64,000 nt of DNA from Candidatus Latescibacterota bacterium (lineage in GTDB: Bacteria; Latescibacterota; UBA2968). The position numbers and the translations under genes are program-made. Under the pieces are notes generated by a model. That model ran no database searches and had not been told where the DNA came from. It saw nothing but the letters and a program-made list of their open reading frames with translations. This document shows, one piece after another, positions 10,241 through 20,620 of this stretch. The stretch spans positions 32,001 to 96,000 of the forward strand of contig OZ220741.1 in the NCBI GenBank assembly GCA_965116885.1. The letters are read 5' to 3'. Every line of letters starts with the position of its first letter. The stretch's first letter is position 1.

Positions 10241-11359
10241 ATGGCACACGCATACACACCCGGCCTTCGCGTCACCCCACAGACCCTTCTTCAACGCCAG
10301 CGCCAACTCCCCCTCAAAGGTGAGGTCGTCGTATCACAAGGCGATAGCGTGACGCGCGATCAGGTCGTTGCCCACACGCACCTGCCCGGCAACGTCACCA
10401 CCCTCAACCTGGTCAACATCTTGAGTTGCACGCCCGAAGAACTGCCCAATTACATGCTCAAAAGCGAAGGCGACCCCGTCGAAGCCGACGAACCCATTGC
10501 CGAAACCCGCCCCTTTATCAAATGGTTCAAAACTACTGTTAAAGCACCTATCAGTGGCACCCTCGAAAGCATCTCCAAAATCACCGGACAGGTCATCTTT
10601 CGCGCCCCTCCGCGTCCCGTTCAGGTACAGGCATACATAGATGGCAATGTGATCGAAATCCTGCCTGAAGAAGGCGTCATTGTCGAAACCACAGGTGCTT
10701 TTGTACAGGGCATCTTTGGCATAGGCGGTGAAATCTGGGGACCTCTGCACGTCATCTCCAAAGAGCCAGATCAAATTTTAACCCCCGATCAAATCGACGA
10801 CTCATGCGCGGGAAAAATCGTCGTAGGCGGCAATTTGCTCACCCTCGACGTGATCGACAAAGCGCGGGAAATCGGCGCCGTTGGCATCATTGGCGGCGGC
10901 ATCCGCGATTCCGATTTGCGCGACCTGCTCGGTTACGACCTCGGCGTAGCCATCACCGGCACCGAGAATATCGGCCTCACCGTCATTGTCACCGAAGGCT
11001 TTGGCCCCATCGCAATGGCGCACAAAACCTTTGGTATCCTGAGCGAAAACAACGGCAAAGAAGCCTCTATCTCGGGTGCTACCCAGATTCGCGCAGGTGT
11101 TTTGCGTCCCGAAATCATCATTCCAGAATCCCGCATCCACGAACAAACCGAAGAATCCGATAATCCGGGTCTCATCGAAGGGGCACTCTTGCGCGTAATT
11201 CGCGCACCCTATTTTGGTCAGGTAGGCAAAGTCACGGCACTGCCACCCGAACTGCAAACAGTCGAATCCGAAACCCATGTGCGCGTACTCGAAGTCGAAT
11301 TTGACAATGGTGACCGCGCCACTGTCCCGCGCGCCAACGTCGAACTCATCCAGGAGTAA
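10241..11359 (+). CDS. Conserved hypothetical protein with barrel-sandwich hybrid-like repeats and a C-terminal KOW/SH3-like domain
   Basis: VSQGDSVTRDQVVA and KSEGDPVEADEPIA...APISGT segments; C-terminal LRVIRAPYFGQVGKV. Confidence 0.7.
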   Translation: MAHAYTPGLRVTPQTLLQRQRQLPLKGEVVVSQGDSVTRDQVVAHTHLPGNVTTLNLVNILSCTPEELPNYMLKSEGDPVEADEPIAETRPFIKWFKTTVKAPISGTLESISKITGQVIFRAPPRPVQVQAYIDGNVIEILPEEGVIVETTGAFVQGIFGIGGEIWGPLHVISKEPDQILTPDQIDDSCAGKIVVGGNLLTLDVIDKAREIGAVGIIGGGIRDSDLRDLLGYDLGVAITGTENIGLTVIVTEGFGPIAMAHKTFGILSENNGKEASISGATQIRAGVLRPEIIIPESRIHEQTEESDNPGLIEGALLRVIRAPYFGQVGKVTALPPELQTVESETHVRVLEVEFDNGDRATVPRANVELIQE

Positions 11360-11381
11360 ACGACCCATCGGGAGATTGCGT

Positions 11382-12587
11382 ATGAGATATTTTTTATGTT
11401 GCATCACACTCGTGCTCTGCGCGGCACAGGTATATGCACAACAACCCACCGGTGTCAAAGCCGAAGACACCCCCAACGACTCGGGAGGCAGCATCACCGT
11501 TGTGTGGAACCGCGCGGAACTCCCCGACGGAGCAATGTACAAAATTGTAGTCAGTGAATCGGAAACCGGTCCTTTTCATCCCGCAGCCAATATCGACCCA
11601 TCGGGCAACCTGCAATCCAGCGATCCGGGAACTTTTGGGCATGGCGAAGAAACATCCCAAATGCACTTTGCCAAAATTGCTGAATATGCCGATCCCGCCG
11701 ACCCATCGAAAAAGATCGCCATTGAAAACGGTAAAACCTATTACGGGCAGGTCATCGCCCACCTCCCCTCTGGCGAATCATTTCCCTCTGAAATCGCAAG
11801 CGCAGAAGCATCTGAAAATTTCTTCAATTTCCTCAAAACCAATAATTTCATCATCGGCACGATCTTCTCCCTCATCATTTTAGGCGGCATTTTCCTCGCC
11901 CAAAAACGCGAATTCTTCATCCGACGCATCGCCGGTCTCGAAGCCCTTGACGAAGCCCTCGGTCGCGCAACTGAAATGGGCCGATCTGTTCTTTTTGTTC
12001 ATGGTTTAACCGATATGAGTAGTGTTTCAACAATAGCTGCCGTCAATATCCTCTCCCGCATTGCAGGCCGCACAGCCGAATTTAACACCCAACTTCGCGT
12101 GGGCAATCGCGACCCGATTGTCATGGCCGTGAGCCAGGAGGTCGTCAAAGAATCTTATCTCAATGCGGGCCGTCCCGACGCATATTCCGACGACATGGTC
12201 TTTCTGGCAGCGACAGAACAATTTAGCTATGCCGCAGCCCTCGACGGCATAATGGTGAGAGAAAAACCCGCGGCCAATATTATGATGGGTTATTTTTACG
12301 CAGAATCGCTCTTGCTGGCAGAAACAGGTGCATCCACAGGTGCGATCCAAATTGCGGGTACTGACTCCTACACCCAATTGCCCTTTTTCATCACCACCTG
12401 CGACTATACCCTCATGGGCGAAGAACTCTATGCAGCAAGCGCGTATCTCTCCCGAGAACCCAGATTGCTGGGCAGTCTCAAGGGGCAGGACATCGGCAAA
12501 GCAGTTCTCTTAATTGTCATGATTTTGGGCACGTTGCTGGCTACATTTGGCTTTCCGACATTGACCCATCTTTTTACAGCATATTAA
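11382..12587 (+). CDS. Signal-peptide, FN3-like domain, DUF6754-like membrane protein
   Basis: Signal peptide MRYFLCCITLVLCAAQVYA; PTGVKAEDTPND.GGSITVVW; TM followed by IRRIAGLEALDEALGRATEMGR. Confidence 0.7.
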   Translation: MRYFLCCITLVLCAAQVYAQQPTGVKAEDTPNDSGGSITVVWNRAELPDGAMYKIVVSESETGPFHPAANIDPSGNLQSSDPGTFGHGEETSQMHFAKIAEYADPADPSKKIAIENGKTYYGQVIAHLPSGESFPSEIASAEASENFFNFLKTNNFIIGTIFSLIILGGIFLAQKREFFIRRIAGLEALDEALGRATEMGRSVLFVHGLTDMSSVSTIAAVNILSRIAGRTAEFNTQLRVGNRDPIVMAVSQEVVKESYLNAGRPDAYSDDMVFLAATEQFSYAAALDGIMVREKPAANIMMGYFYAESLLLAETGASTGAIQIAGTDSYTQLPFFITTCDYTLMGEELYAASAYLSREPRLLGSLKGQDIGKAVLLIVMILGTLLATFGFPTLTHLFTAY

Positions 12588-12628
12588 AACCAACCAGGTT
12601 CTATTTCTAATTTCAAAGGAAACTACTT

Positions 12629-13288
12629 ATGCTTTTTTTGCGACGCACATTGCCTTTGATCCTGGCCTTTACCTTGGGAATCATAGGTATTGTTGTTTTT
12701 TATGTGCCACACAGTTATTCTCAGATGCTTGAAACAGAATTAGGACGCTGGTATCGCATCATCTGGGCATTCGCCATGCTACTGGGTATTTACAGCTTGA
12801 TGCGATTGCACTGGAGTCGCATTCGCCGACAACAAGCGGGTTGGGGATATAGCTTCCTGGTTTTTCTGGGTTTTGGCGTGATGTTCATTTTCGCCGCTTA
12901 TAACAGTGGTAATGGCCCCCTCGTGCCGCGATCAAATTCTCCCGATGATCCATTTAACTGGATGTTTCAATATGTACAGGTACCAGCTGATGCCACCATG
13001 TTCTCCATCCTCGCTTTTTTTATCGCTTCAGCCGCCTACCGCACTTTCCGAGCACGTACTCCTGAAGCCGCTATCTTGCTTGTCTCGGCCATTATTGTCA
13101 TGATCGGGCGCGTGCCTATTGGTGCCGCCATTTCAGATGTTTTTCCCTTATTATCTGGTTGGCTAATGGATGTGCCCAATTTAGCAGCCAAACGCGGCAT
13201 CTTGCTCGGCGTCAGTCTCGGCATGATCGCCACATCATTGCGCATCATTTTTGGCATTGAACGCTCTTATCTCGGCGGAGGTGACTAA
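12629..13288 (+). CDS. Hypothetical multi-pass membrane protein
   Basis: About 6 hydrophobic helices; ASAAYRTFRAR; coupled to the next gene (TAATG). Confidence 0.8.
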   Translation: MLFLRRTLPLILAFTLGIIGIVVFYVPHSYSQMLETELGRWYRIIWAFAMLLGIYSLMRLHWSRIRRQQAGWGYSFLVFLGFGVMFIFAAYNSGNGPLVPRSNSPDDPFNWMFQYVQVPADATMFSILAFFIASAAYRTFRARTPEAAILLVSAIIVMIGRVPIGAAISDVFPLLSGWLMDVPNLAAKRGILLGVSLGMIATSLRIIFGIERSYLGGGD

Positions 13289-14118
13289 TGAAAAATTTTT
13301 TGCTCAATATCGACCGTCGTATTATTTATATTTTTGTTGCATTAGGGGTTATTATCCCATCTCTAACTGCGTTTCAATTGCCCATTAAACCAACAACTTA
13401 TGTGCGTGCTGTTTACGATACAATCGAAGACGTAGCTCAGAAGAAGGGAACCATTCTCATTTCATTTGATTACGGTCCGGGTTCCGATGCTGAAATCCAA
13501 CCTATGGCTCTGGCAATTTTACGGCAATGTTTTAGCGAAGATGTAAAGGTCGTTGCGATGTGTCACTGGCCCGACGCTGTTGGACTCGCCGAAAAAGCAC
13601 TCGCCGAAACTGCTCTTGAATTTAATGCTCAGAGTGGTATAGACTATACATTTTTGGGTTATAAAACAGGCTTCGGTACATTGGTGCTTGGTATGGGACA
13701 AGATTTTCACGGCACATTTCCTCAAGATACCCAGGGGCACAACACAACAGAATTGCCAGTAACCAAAAACATCAGATCTCTCACAGATTTTGATTATGTC
13801 ATTAGTCTTGCAGCAGGCGCTACACCCGAACAGGCCTGGATCCCCTTTGGTCAGGAACGTTATAAATTTAAATTCGGTGTTGGCTGCACGGCGGTTATGG
13901 CACCCGATCAATACCCTTTTCTACAATCTGGACAAATGAATGGACTTATTGGCGGTCTGGCCGGTGCCGCAGAATATGAAGCGCTCGTCAACAGGTCTGC
14001 CAAAGCCACAGCAGGTATGGGCGCACAATCCACCGTTCATGTTATCATTATCCTGTTTATACTTCTAGGGAATGTTATGTACTTCCTATATGGACGTCAA
14101 ACAGGAGGTACACAATGA
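13288..14118 (+). CDS. Hypothetical membrane protein (terminal TMs, central soluble domain)
   Basis: Long ORF translationally coupled on both sides. Confidence 0.8.
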   Translation: MKNFLLNIDRRIIYIFVALGVIIPSLTAFQLPIKPTTYVRAVYDTIEDVAQKKGTILISFDYGPGSDAEIQPMALAILRQCFSEDVKVVAMCHWPDAVGLAEKALAETALEFNAQSGIDYTFLGYKTGFGTLVLGMGQDFHGTFPQDTQGHNTTELPVTKNIRSLTDFDYVISLAAGATPEQAWIPFGQERYKFKFGVGCTAVMAPDQYPFLQSGQMNGLIGGLAGAAEYEALVNRSAKATAGMGAQSTVHVIIILFILLGNVMYFLYGRQTGGTQ

Positions 14119-14852
14119 ACAAAGATAAATTGGCTTTCCTGATCTGCTTATTTCTGTTCGCACTTGTCAATATCTACCTATTAGCCTCCGACAAATTGAC
14201 AGGAGATACGACCGGTGTAGGCATTATTATCGCCGCAGGCATTACTCTGGCGCTCTATAGTTTTCTCTACAAAGACAACCCCCTCTTCAAATTTGCCGAA
14301 AATCTCTATGTGGGTGTAGCTGCCGCATATACGCTTGCTCAGGTCTGGTATCCCATCATTCTCGTTGACGTACTGAACCCACTTTTCGATCTCAACAACC
14401 AAACGGGTGGGTCTTACGATGGTCTTTTGATCATTCCCGCTCTTTTAGGACTTGGTGTTCTCACGCAACTTGCCTCCGACAAAATCAATTGGATCAGCCG
14501 TATCTCATTTGCTTTTATCGTGGGCCTGGGGGCGGGACTCGCTATTCCACGCACCATTGCGGCTAATGTTTTGGCCCAATTGGAACCGACCATGCAACCC
14601 ATAGCAGCCTCATGGGATGGATTAAATCTGCTCATTATTCTAATCGGCGTCGTTACAGTACTCGTGTATTTCTTTTACTCTGTCGAACACACTGGCCCCG
14701 TAGGGGTGGCGTCCAAAATCGGCATCTGGTTCCTCATGATCTCGTTTGGCGCATCATTTGGCTACACCATCATGGCGCGTCTCTCACTGCTGATTGGTCG
14801 CGTCGGGTTCTTGCTCGAAGACTGGCTCGTACTCCCATTGCCTTTATTTTGA
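14115..14852 (+). CDS. Hypothetical multi-pass membrane protein
   Basis: About 7 hydrophobic helices; YSFLYKDNPLFKFAE, FGASFGYTIMARLSLLIGR. Confidence 0.8.
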   Translation: MNKDKLAFLICLFLFALVNIYLLASDKLTGDTTGVGIIIAAGITLALYSFLYKDNPLFKFAENLYVGVAAAYTLAQVWYPIILVDVLNPLFDLNNQTGGSYDGLLIIPALLGLGVLTQLASDKINWISRISFAFIVGLGAGLAIPRTIAANVLAQLEPTMQPIAASWDGLNLLIILIGVVTVLVYFFYSVEHTGPVGVASKIGIWFLMISFGASFGYTIMARLSLLIGRVGFLLEDWLVLPLPLF

Positions 14853-14937
14853 TTCGTGGAGATGCGCGTGTCCATTCGCTCATTGCAAAAAAACGGGAAC
14901 GTTCAAACCCATATAGAAGTCCAAAGAAAAATCGTAC

Positions 14938-15900
14938 ATGCCCAATTCCGTGCTGACAGTTGACAACCTCCAAACGCATTTTCATACAGACAGCGGAACA
15001 GCGAGGGCGGTAGATGGCGTATCATTCACACTCAACAAGGGCGAAACTTATGGCCTTGTTGGTGAATCGGGGTGCGGAAAAAGTGTCACTTCGCTGTCAA
15101 TCATGCGATTGGTGCCTCATCCTGGCCGCATTGAAAGTGGGCATATTTTTTTTCAAGACAGAGACCTGGTATCCCTTTCGGATACCGAAATGCGCGACAT
15201 ACGCGGCAATGACATTGCCATGATCTTTCAGGAACCCATGACCAGTCTCAACCCGGTTTACACCTGTGGGTTCCAGATTGACGAAGCCGTGAGGCGGCAT
15301 CAGGGATTAGAAAAAACAGAAGCGCGAAAAAAAACAGTTGAAATGCTCCACCTCGTGGGGCTGCCCGATCCCGAGCAACGCGCAAACGAATACCCGCACC
15401 AATTGTCGGGCGGGCAACGCCAGCGCGTGATGATCGCCATGGCCCTCTCATGCAATCCCAAAGTGCTGATAGCCGACGAACCCACAACAGCACTCGATGT
15501 CACCATACAAGCGCAAATCCTGGATTTATTGCGCGACTTGCAGCAACAACTCGGCATGGCAGTCCTGCTCATCACACACGATTTGGGCGTTATTGCCGAA
15601 GCCGCCGATCAGGTCGCGGTCATGTACGCGGGCAAAATTGTAGAAACCGGTCCGGCAGATGCAATTTTTCACAACCCCAGGCATCCCTACACACAGGGGT
15701 TACTCGCATCGGTCCCCCGTCTGGACATCGCGAACAATCGCCTCAGAACCATACCGGGCACTGTTCCCGAAGCCACGCAATTTCCATCGGGATGTCGATT
15801 TGCGGATCGATGTGAAAAGGTCGATTCAATTTGCAGGGAAACCACACCACAACTGCAAACCATTAGCGGCGATCACCAGACCGCGTGTTGGATGGCATAA
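14938..15900 (+). CDS. Oligopeptide/dipeptide ABC ATP-binding protein (OppD/DppD-type)
   Basis: [29 protein letters not shown]-terminal Cys motif. Confidence 0.92.
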   Translation: MPNSVLTVDNLQTHFHTDSGTARAVDGVSFTLNKGETYGLVGESGCGKSVTSLSIMRLVPHPGRIESGHIFFQDRDLVSLSDTEMRDIRGNDIAMIFQEPMTSLNPVYTCGFQIDEAVRRHQGLEKTEARKKTVEMLHLVGLPDPEQRANEYPHQLSGGQRQRVMIAMALSCNPKVLIADEPTTALDVTIQAQILDLLRDLQQQLGMAVLLITHDLGVIAEAADQVAVMYAGKIVETGPADAIFHNPRHPYTQGLLASVPRLDIANNRLRTIPGTVPEATQFPSGCRFADRCEKVDSICRETTPQLQTISGDHQTACWMA

Positions 15901-15911
15901 GGCGAGAAATA

Positions 15912-16862
15912 GTGCTACTTAAAGTTCAAAATCTTAAAAAATACTACCCCATTTCTCAGGGACTTTGGGGGCGCAACACCGGGCAGGTCAAAGCGGTAGA
16001 TGACGTGAGCTTCGATATCTCCCCCGGCGAAACCCTCGGCCTGGTCGGCGAATCGGGATGCGGAAAAACGACAATTGGACGCGCCATCTTGCGCCTTATC
16101 AATGCGACATCGGGCACCGTGCAATTCAAAAATACCGACATCCTCTCCCTGGGAAAAAAACAACTTCGAGCACTGCGACGGCATATGCAAATCATCTTTC
16201 AGGACCCTTACGGATCGCTAAACCCCCGTCTCACCATCGGCGGCATCCTCTCGGAACCCTTAAAAATCCACGGCGACAAAACAAAAGATCGAGTCGCCGA
16301 CCTGCTCAACACCGTGGGCTTATCTCCCGACGTCGCACGCCGCTATCCGCACGAATTTTCCGGCGGACAGCGACAGCGCATTGGCATTGCCCGAGCACTG
16401 GCAGTAAAACCGCAATTCATTATCGCGGACGAACCCGTATCTGCACTCGACGTATCGATTCAGGCACAAATAGTAAACTTACTCCAGGATTTGCAGACTC
16501 AATTTGGCCTTTCATATCTCTTTATCGCACACGACCTGAGCGTGGTCAAACACATTTCCAACCGCGTGGCAGTCATGTATCTGGGCAAAATTGTCGAACT
16601 GGCCGAAAGCCAGGAACTCTACGACAATCCGCAGCATCCCTATACGCGTGCATTGCTCTCATCAATCCCCATACCCGATCCGCGCGTCAGGGGATCGCGC
16701 ACCATTTTAACAGGCGACGTACCCAGCCCGGTCAACGTACCTTCGGGCTGTGCATTTCATCCGCGCTGTCCCGAAGCAACGCCGGACTGCGCCCACTGCA
16801 AACCCGAACTCTTAGACATTGAACCCGGCCACAGCGTGGCCTGTATCTTGCGGCACAATTAG
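15912..16862 (+). CDS. Oligopeptide/dipeptide ABC ATP-binding protein (OppF/DppF-type)
   Basis: [29 protein letters not shown] start at 15912 assumed. Confidence 0.92.
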   Translation: MLLKVQNLKKYYPISQGLWGRNTGQVKAVDDVSFDISPGETLGLVGESGCGKTTIGRAILRLINATSGTVQFKNTDILSLGKKQLRALRRHMQIIFQDPYGSLNPRLTIGGILSEPLKIHGDKTKDRVADLLNTVGLSPDVARRYPHEFSGGQRQRIGIARALAVKPQFIIADEPVSALDVSIQAQIVNLLQDLQTQFGLSYLFIAHDLSVVKHISNRVAVMYLGKIVELAESQELYDNPQHPYTRALLSSIPIPDPRVRGSRTILTGDVPSPVNVPSGCAFHPRCPEATPDCAHCKPELLDIEPGHSVACILRHN

Positions 16863-16863
16863 A

Positions 16864-16952
16864 GACGAATAGACGAATAGACGAACCCCGCTCCACCCAC
16901 CAAAATCACTACAAGCTTCGATTCGTTGATTCGTTGATTCGCTGATTCGTTC
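16864..16952. repeat. Short octamer tandem repeats in inverted arrangement
   Basis: (GACGAATA)x~3 at 16864-16885 and (GATTCGTT)x~4 at 16920-16951. Confidence 0.7.
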
Positions 16953-16981
16953 AATCCACCCACCATTTCAAGGAGTCATAA

Positions 16982-19900
16982 GTGAAGGTCTTAAAAATTT
17001 TAACGATGCTGTGTCTCACCGGCCTCATATCCCACACCGCCCTGGCACAGCCCCCCTCTTTGGGTCCTGCCAAAGCCATTGGGGTTGACCTTGCCAATAC
17101 CCCGTTAAACCGTCCGTCTCCCGATCAAAAAAGCTACACCTATTGGAAACCCGAAACAGTGGATGGCTTTTTCCCATCGCTTTTGGGACTGCGTACGGCT
17201 GGCGCTCGGATGATTCGCACCAGATATTTCAACATCTACTTCTCTACTGCTGAAAAAACCGCCCGCCAAATTGCCGACTTCTGCGACGAGGTTCTGTCAA
17301 ATCTCATGCGCCATTACCCTACCTTTGTCGATCGCATTGCCCCCATCCACGTCGTCGTTGACGATCAGGCGGATTATTTGGGCAATGCCTTTGCCGTGTA
17401 CAGTGCCAATTACATCCACTTTTGGACCAACCCCATCGACTGGGAAATCCGCGGCACCAGCGACTGGGTACGCAATGTTTTTGTCCACGAACTCGCCCAC
17501 ATCGTAACATTAAAAGCCGCCTATAAGGGCCTGCCATTTCAAATTGGCATAGTCAACACCTCCCGCGCCAATGAAAATCCCGATTTCAGCTTCACACTCG
17601 GCCTGTATCACCTCGCCGTCAATTCGGGTTTTGCCGAAGGCATCTCGCAATACGAAGCCACCGAATACGGTGACGACCACTGGGACACACACCGCGATAT
17701 GCTCCTGCGCATGGCCGCGCTCGAAAATGATCTACTCTCCCTATCCAGCATGGGGCAACTCGGCGGTAAAGGCAATTTCCACGGTGAAATGGTCTATAAT
17801 CAGGGATTTGCCCTGCTCAACTACATTGGCGAACGCTTTAGCCCCAGTGTTGTCAGACAAATTTTTGAACACAGACCCATTATTAACTTCAACTCCTCGC
17901 TGAAAAAAGCCACAGGCGTATCGGCCAAACAACTCTACCGCGACTGGAAAACGCATATTGAAGAACAATACAGCGCGGTTCAAAGCGACATCCAGGAAGC
18001 CGGTGAACGCGAAGGCGAATTGATCGTGGATAGAGGTGGTTTGGACTATCACCCGGTCTATTCCCCGCAAGGCGATAAGCTGGGCTTTATCTCCAACGAC
18101 GACAGCGACTATTTCATTACTGAACTCAAAGTAATGGACCTCGCCACCAAAAAAGTCACAAAAATAGCCGACCGCGTCGATAATCGCTTTGTCTGGACAG
18201 CCAGCGGCGACAGCCTGATGTACATCAAAGCCGTAGGCGCGCGTTGGGACATCTTCACGTATGACATCAAAACGAAAAAAGAAACCCGCGTCACCGTGGG
18301 TCTGCGCGGCAAAGACCCCACCCTCTCACCCGACGGCAAACAAATCGCCTTTGTAACCATGAGAGATGGCACAGCGAACATCGGCCTTGTAAACACCGAC
18401 GGCACCGATGTGCGATACCTCACACATAACAACGACGCCACACAGTATTTTGGCCCAAAATGGTCGCCCGACGGCAAACACCTGCTCTTCAGCGTATTCC
18501 GCACAGGCGAAGACCGCGACATAGCCATCATCGACGTGGATGCCACAACCTGGGAAAAGAAAAAGGGCCGGCGCTCGCTTAAAAAAGAAGAAGTTGACAC
18601 ACAACTCGACAGCCTCCAGCAGGCAAAGGCCGACAGCCTCAAGGCATTTCCCGATAGCCTCGCCTATGCCAACAATGCCAACTTCAAAGCCATTGTACAC
18701 TCCACAGCCGACGAACGAGACCCCGTATGGCTACCCGATGGCAGTGGGTTTGTCTTCAGTTCAGACCGTACGGGCATCTTCAACCTCTACACCCACGACA
18801 TGGCGACCGGGGAACAAAAGCAACTGACCAATGTTGTCGGCGGCGCGTTTTTGCCCACTATTTCTCCCGATGCCAAAGACGTGATCTACGCGGGATATCA
18901 CGCAGCGAACTACAACCTCTATCGCATACCCCTATCCGAGGCCGTTGCCGTCGATCCTCCCGAGGGTATTGCGCGAGACTATGCCGAAATCTACACCGGA
19001 AAATCCATCACCGACCTTCACGACATCGGGCGGTATTCCACGCGTCTCATCTCCTACGGCATCACACCCATCGCATTGCTGGGCCCCACGTTTATCGGCA
19101 ACCGATTCGGCCTGGATCAAATCAGCGCAGGTGTTCAATGGGCCTGGGGCGACCTGCTCGGCAGCGACGTCTTTGTAACCACCGCCCTGATCGGCAAAAA
19201 CTTCAGACGGCAACAAGACTTCAACTCGGAATTCGCCTTCTACTACCAGAACAGCCTCACCCCCATTCTATCTGAACAAAGCACCTATGTCCCCCGCATC
19301 TTCTTTGGAGGCAGCAGACAAACTATCAACAGCATCGTGGATTTGGGTACCGTCCAAACCGTACGCGATACACTCAGCGGCACATTGATCACCCAAAACG
19401 ACGAAGGACAACAGGTTTTAATCCCCAATGTCACGCAGCACTTAGACCTCACGGTTACAGAAGAAGACGATTTTAAGGATGTATTCTCCGATTTTACGAT
19501 AGGCGCTGAAATGGGAGTAGGTCGCGGACACTATTTTAGTCTGGCCTATGGCTACCGCAAATATACTGAAAACTTGCACGCCGTTCAGGTCCTCCATGAC
19601 AGCTCTCGCGTCTTCCAGACCGATTTGGGAACCGGTGCCATCGAAGACATCACAGATCAGATCCCCGGACCGGGCTATGCATCGCAGGAAACCCTTCTCG
19701 ACGATTTTCTCTACAAAGAACTCGACTTCTTCAAAAGTAACGAATGGATGGGTGGTTGGAGCTACATCACCCTCAAACCCGCCACCGACCTCTACATCAA
19801 CCCATCGGGCGGCCGTGCATTATCCTTCCGCTATCGGCGCATCAATGCAACCGTGATAGATTCGCTGGCCCGCACGCCAGATCTGAATGAGGACTTTGTC

Positions 19901-20557
19901 CCGGATGCAATCGGCGAAGACCTGTCACCCGCATTTTTCCGGGGCGATAAAGTCAACGTGGGATTCAACGAATACATCGCCTCCTTCAATGAATTTATCC
20001 CGCTCGTTGGCCGCTCAACACTCGCCCTCCAGGTCTTTGGAGCCTACAAAGACAGCTACGTCAAAGAAGTACAACAAGAAGGCGGCACATTTGAAGGCGT
20101 ATTCTATTACCCCCTGCGCTATTATCTCGGTGGTCTGGGCACCTTGCGCGGCTATCCGTATTTCACAATCGCAGGCGGCAAAGCCCTCTTTGGTCGCACC
20201 ACGCTGACCCTGCCCATCTTCAAGCGCGTCGGCGCAGAACTGCCGCCCTTCTTTTTTGACAAAATTTACGCCTCGCTCTTTTTTGAGTTTGGCGGCACAT
20301 CCAATGCCGCCAGCATCGGCGATATTTTCGACGTAAATGAAGAAGTACACAGTGGGCGATGGGACAAATTCAAGAACTCTTTCCTATTTGACTACGGCGC
20401 CGAAATCCGATTCCAGATATTTTCACATTATCGCTTGCCCATGTTCGGCTATTTCATCGTCGCCCGTCCCACCAAACTCGAAGTTCCATCCCGCAACAAC
20501 CCCGCTATCATCGAAGAGGTCAGTGGGACGCGATTCTATTTTGGCCTGTCATTGTAA
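16982..20557 (+). CDS. Large exported protein: zincin-like peptidase domain, PD40/TolB beta-propeller and putative Omp85-like barrel
   Basis: Signal peptide; FVHELAH..FAEG; repeats PVYSPQG, PTLSPDG, PKWSPDG, PVWLPDG; C-terminal LRGYP and TRFYFGLSL. Confidence 0.7.
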   Translation: MKVLKILTMLCLTGLISHTALAQPPSLGPAKAIGVDLANTPLNRPSPDQKSYTYWKPETVDGFFPSLLGLRTAGARMIRTRYFNIYFSTAEKTARQIADFCDEVLSNLMRHYPTFVDRIAPIHVVVDDQADYLGNAFAVYSANYIHFWTNPIDWEIRGTSDWVRNVFVHELAHIVTLKAAYKGLPFQIGIVNTSRANENPDFSFTLGLYHLAVNSGFAEGISQYEATEYGDDHWDTHRDMLLRMAALENDLLSLSSMGQLGGKGNFHGEMVYNQGFALLNYIGERFSPSVVRQIFEHRPIINFNSSLKKATGVSAKQLYRDWKTHIEEQYSAVQSDIQEAGEREGELIVDRGGLDYHPVYSPQGDKLGFISNDDSDYFITELKVMDLATKKVTKIADRVDNRFVWTASGDSLMYIKAVGARWDIFTYDIKTKKETRVTVGLRGKDPTLSPDGKQIAFVTMRDGTANIGLVNTDGTDVRYLTHNNDATQYFGPKWSPDGKHLLFSVFRTGEDRDIAIIDVDATTWEKKKGRRSLKKEEVDTQLDSLQQAKADSLKAFPDSLAYANNANFKAIVHSTADERDPVWLPDGSGFVFSSDRTGIFNLYTHDMATGEQKQLTNVVGGAFLPTISPDAKDVIYAGYHAANYNLYRIPLSEAVAVDPPEGIARDYAEIYTGKSITDLHDIGRYSTRLISYGITPIALLGPTFIGNRFGLDQISAGVQWAWGDLLGSDVFVTTALIGKNFRRQQDFNSEFAFYYQNSLTPILSEQSTYVPRIFFGGSRQTINSIVDLGTVQTVRDTLSGTLITQNDEGQQVLIPNVTQHLDLTVTEEDDFKDVFSDFTIGAEMGVGRGHYFSLAYGYRKYTENLHAVQVLHDSSRVFQTDLGTGAIEDITDQIPGPGYASQETLLDDFLYKELDFFKSNEWMGGWSYITLKPATDLYINPSGGRALSFRYRRINATVIDSLARTPDLNEDFVPDAIGEDLSPAFFRGDKVNVGFNEYIASFNEFIPLVGRSTLALQVFGAYKDSYVKEVQQEGGTFEGVFYYPLRYYLGGLGTLRGYPYFTIAGGKALFGRTTLTLPIFKRVGAELPPFFFDKIYASLFFEFGGTSNAASIGDIFDVNEEVHSGRWDKFKNSFLFDYGAEIRFQIFSHYRLPMFGYFIVARPTKLEVPSRNNPAIIEEVSGTRFYFGLSL

Positions 20558-20574
20558 AGCCATCTCTCACAATC

Positions 20575-20611
20575 AAGTGCTCCGCCTTATAACACAGGCG
20601 GAGCACTTTTC
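20575..20611 (+). terminator. Intrinsic terminator
   Basis: 13-bp stem AAGTGCTCCGCCT/AGGCGGAGCACTT followed by T-rich tract. Confidence 0.75.
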
Positions 20612-20620
20612 GCTGTTTTA

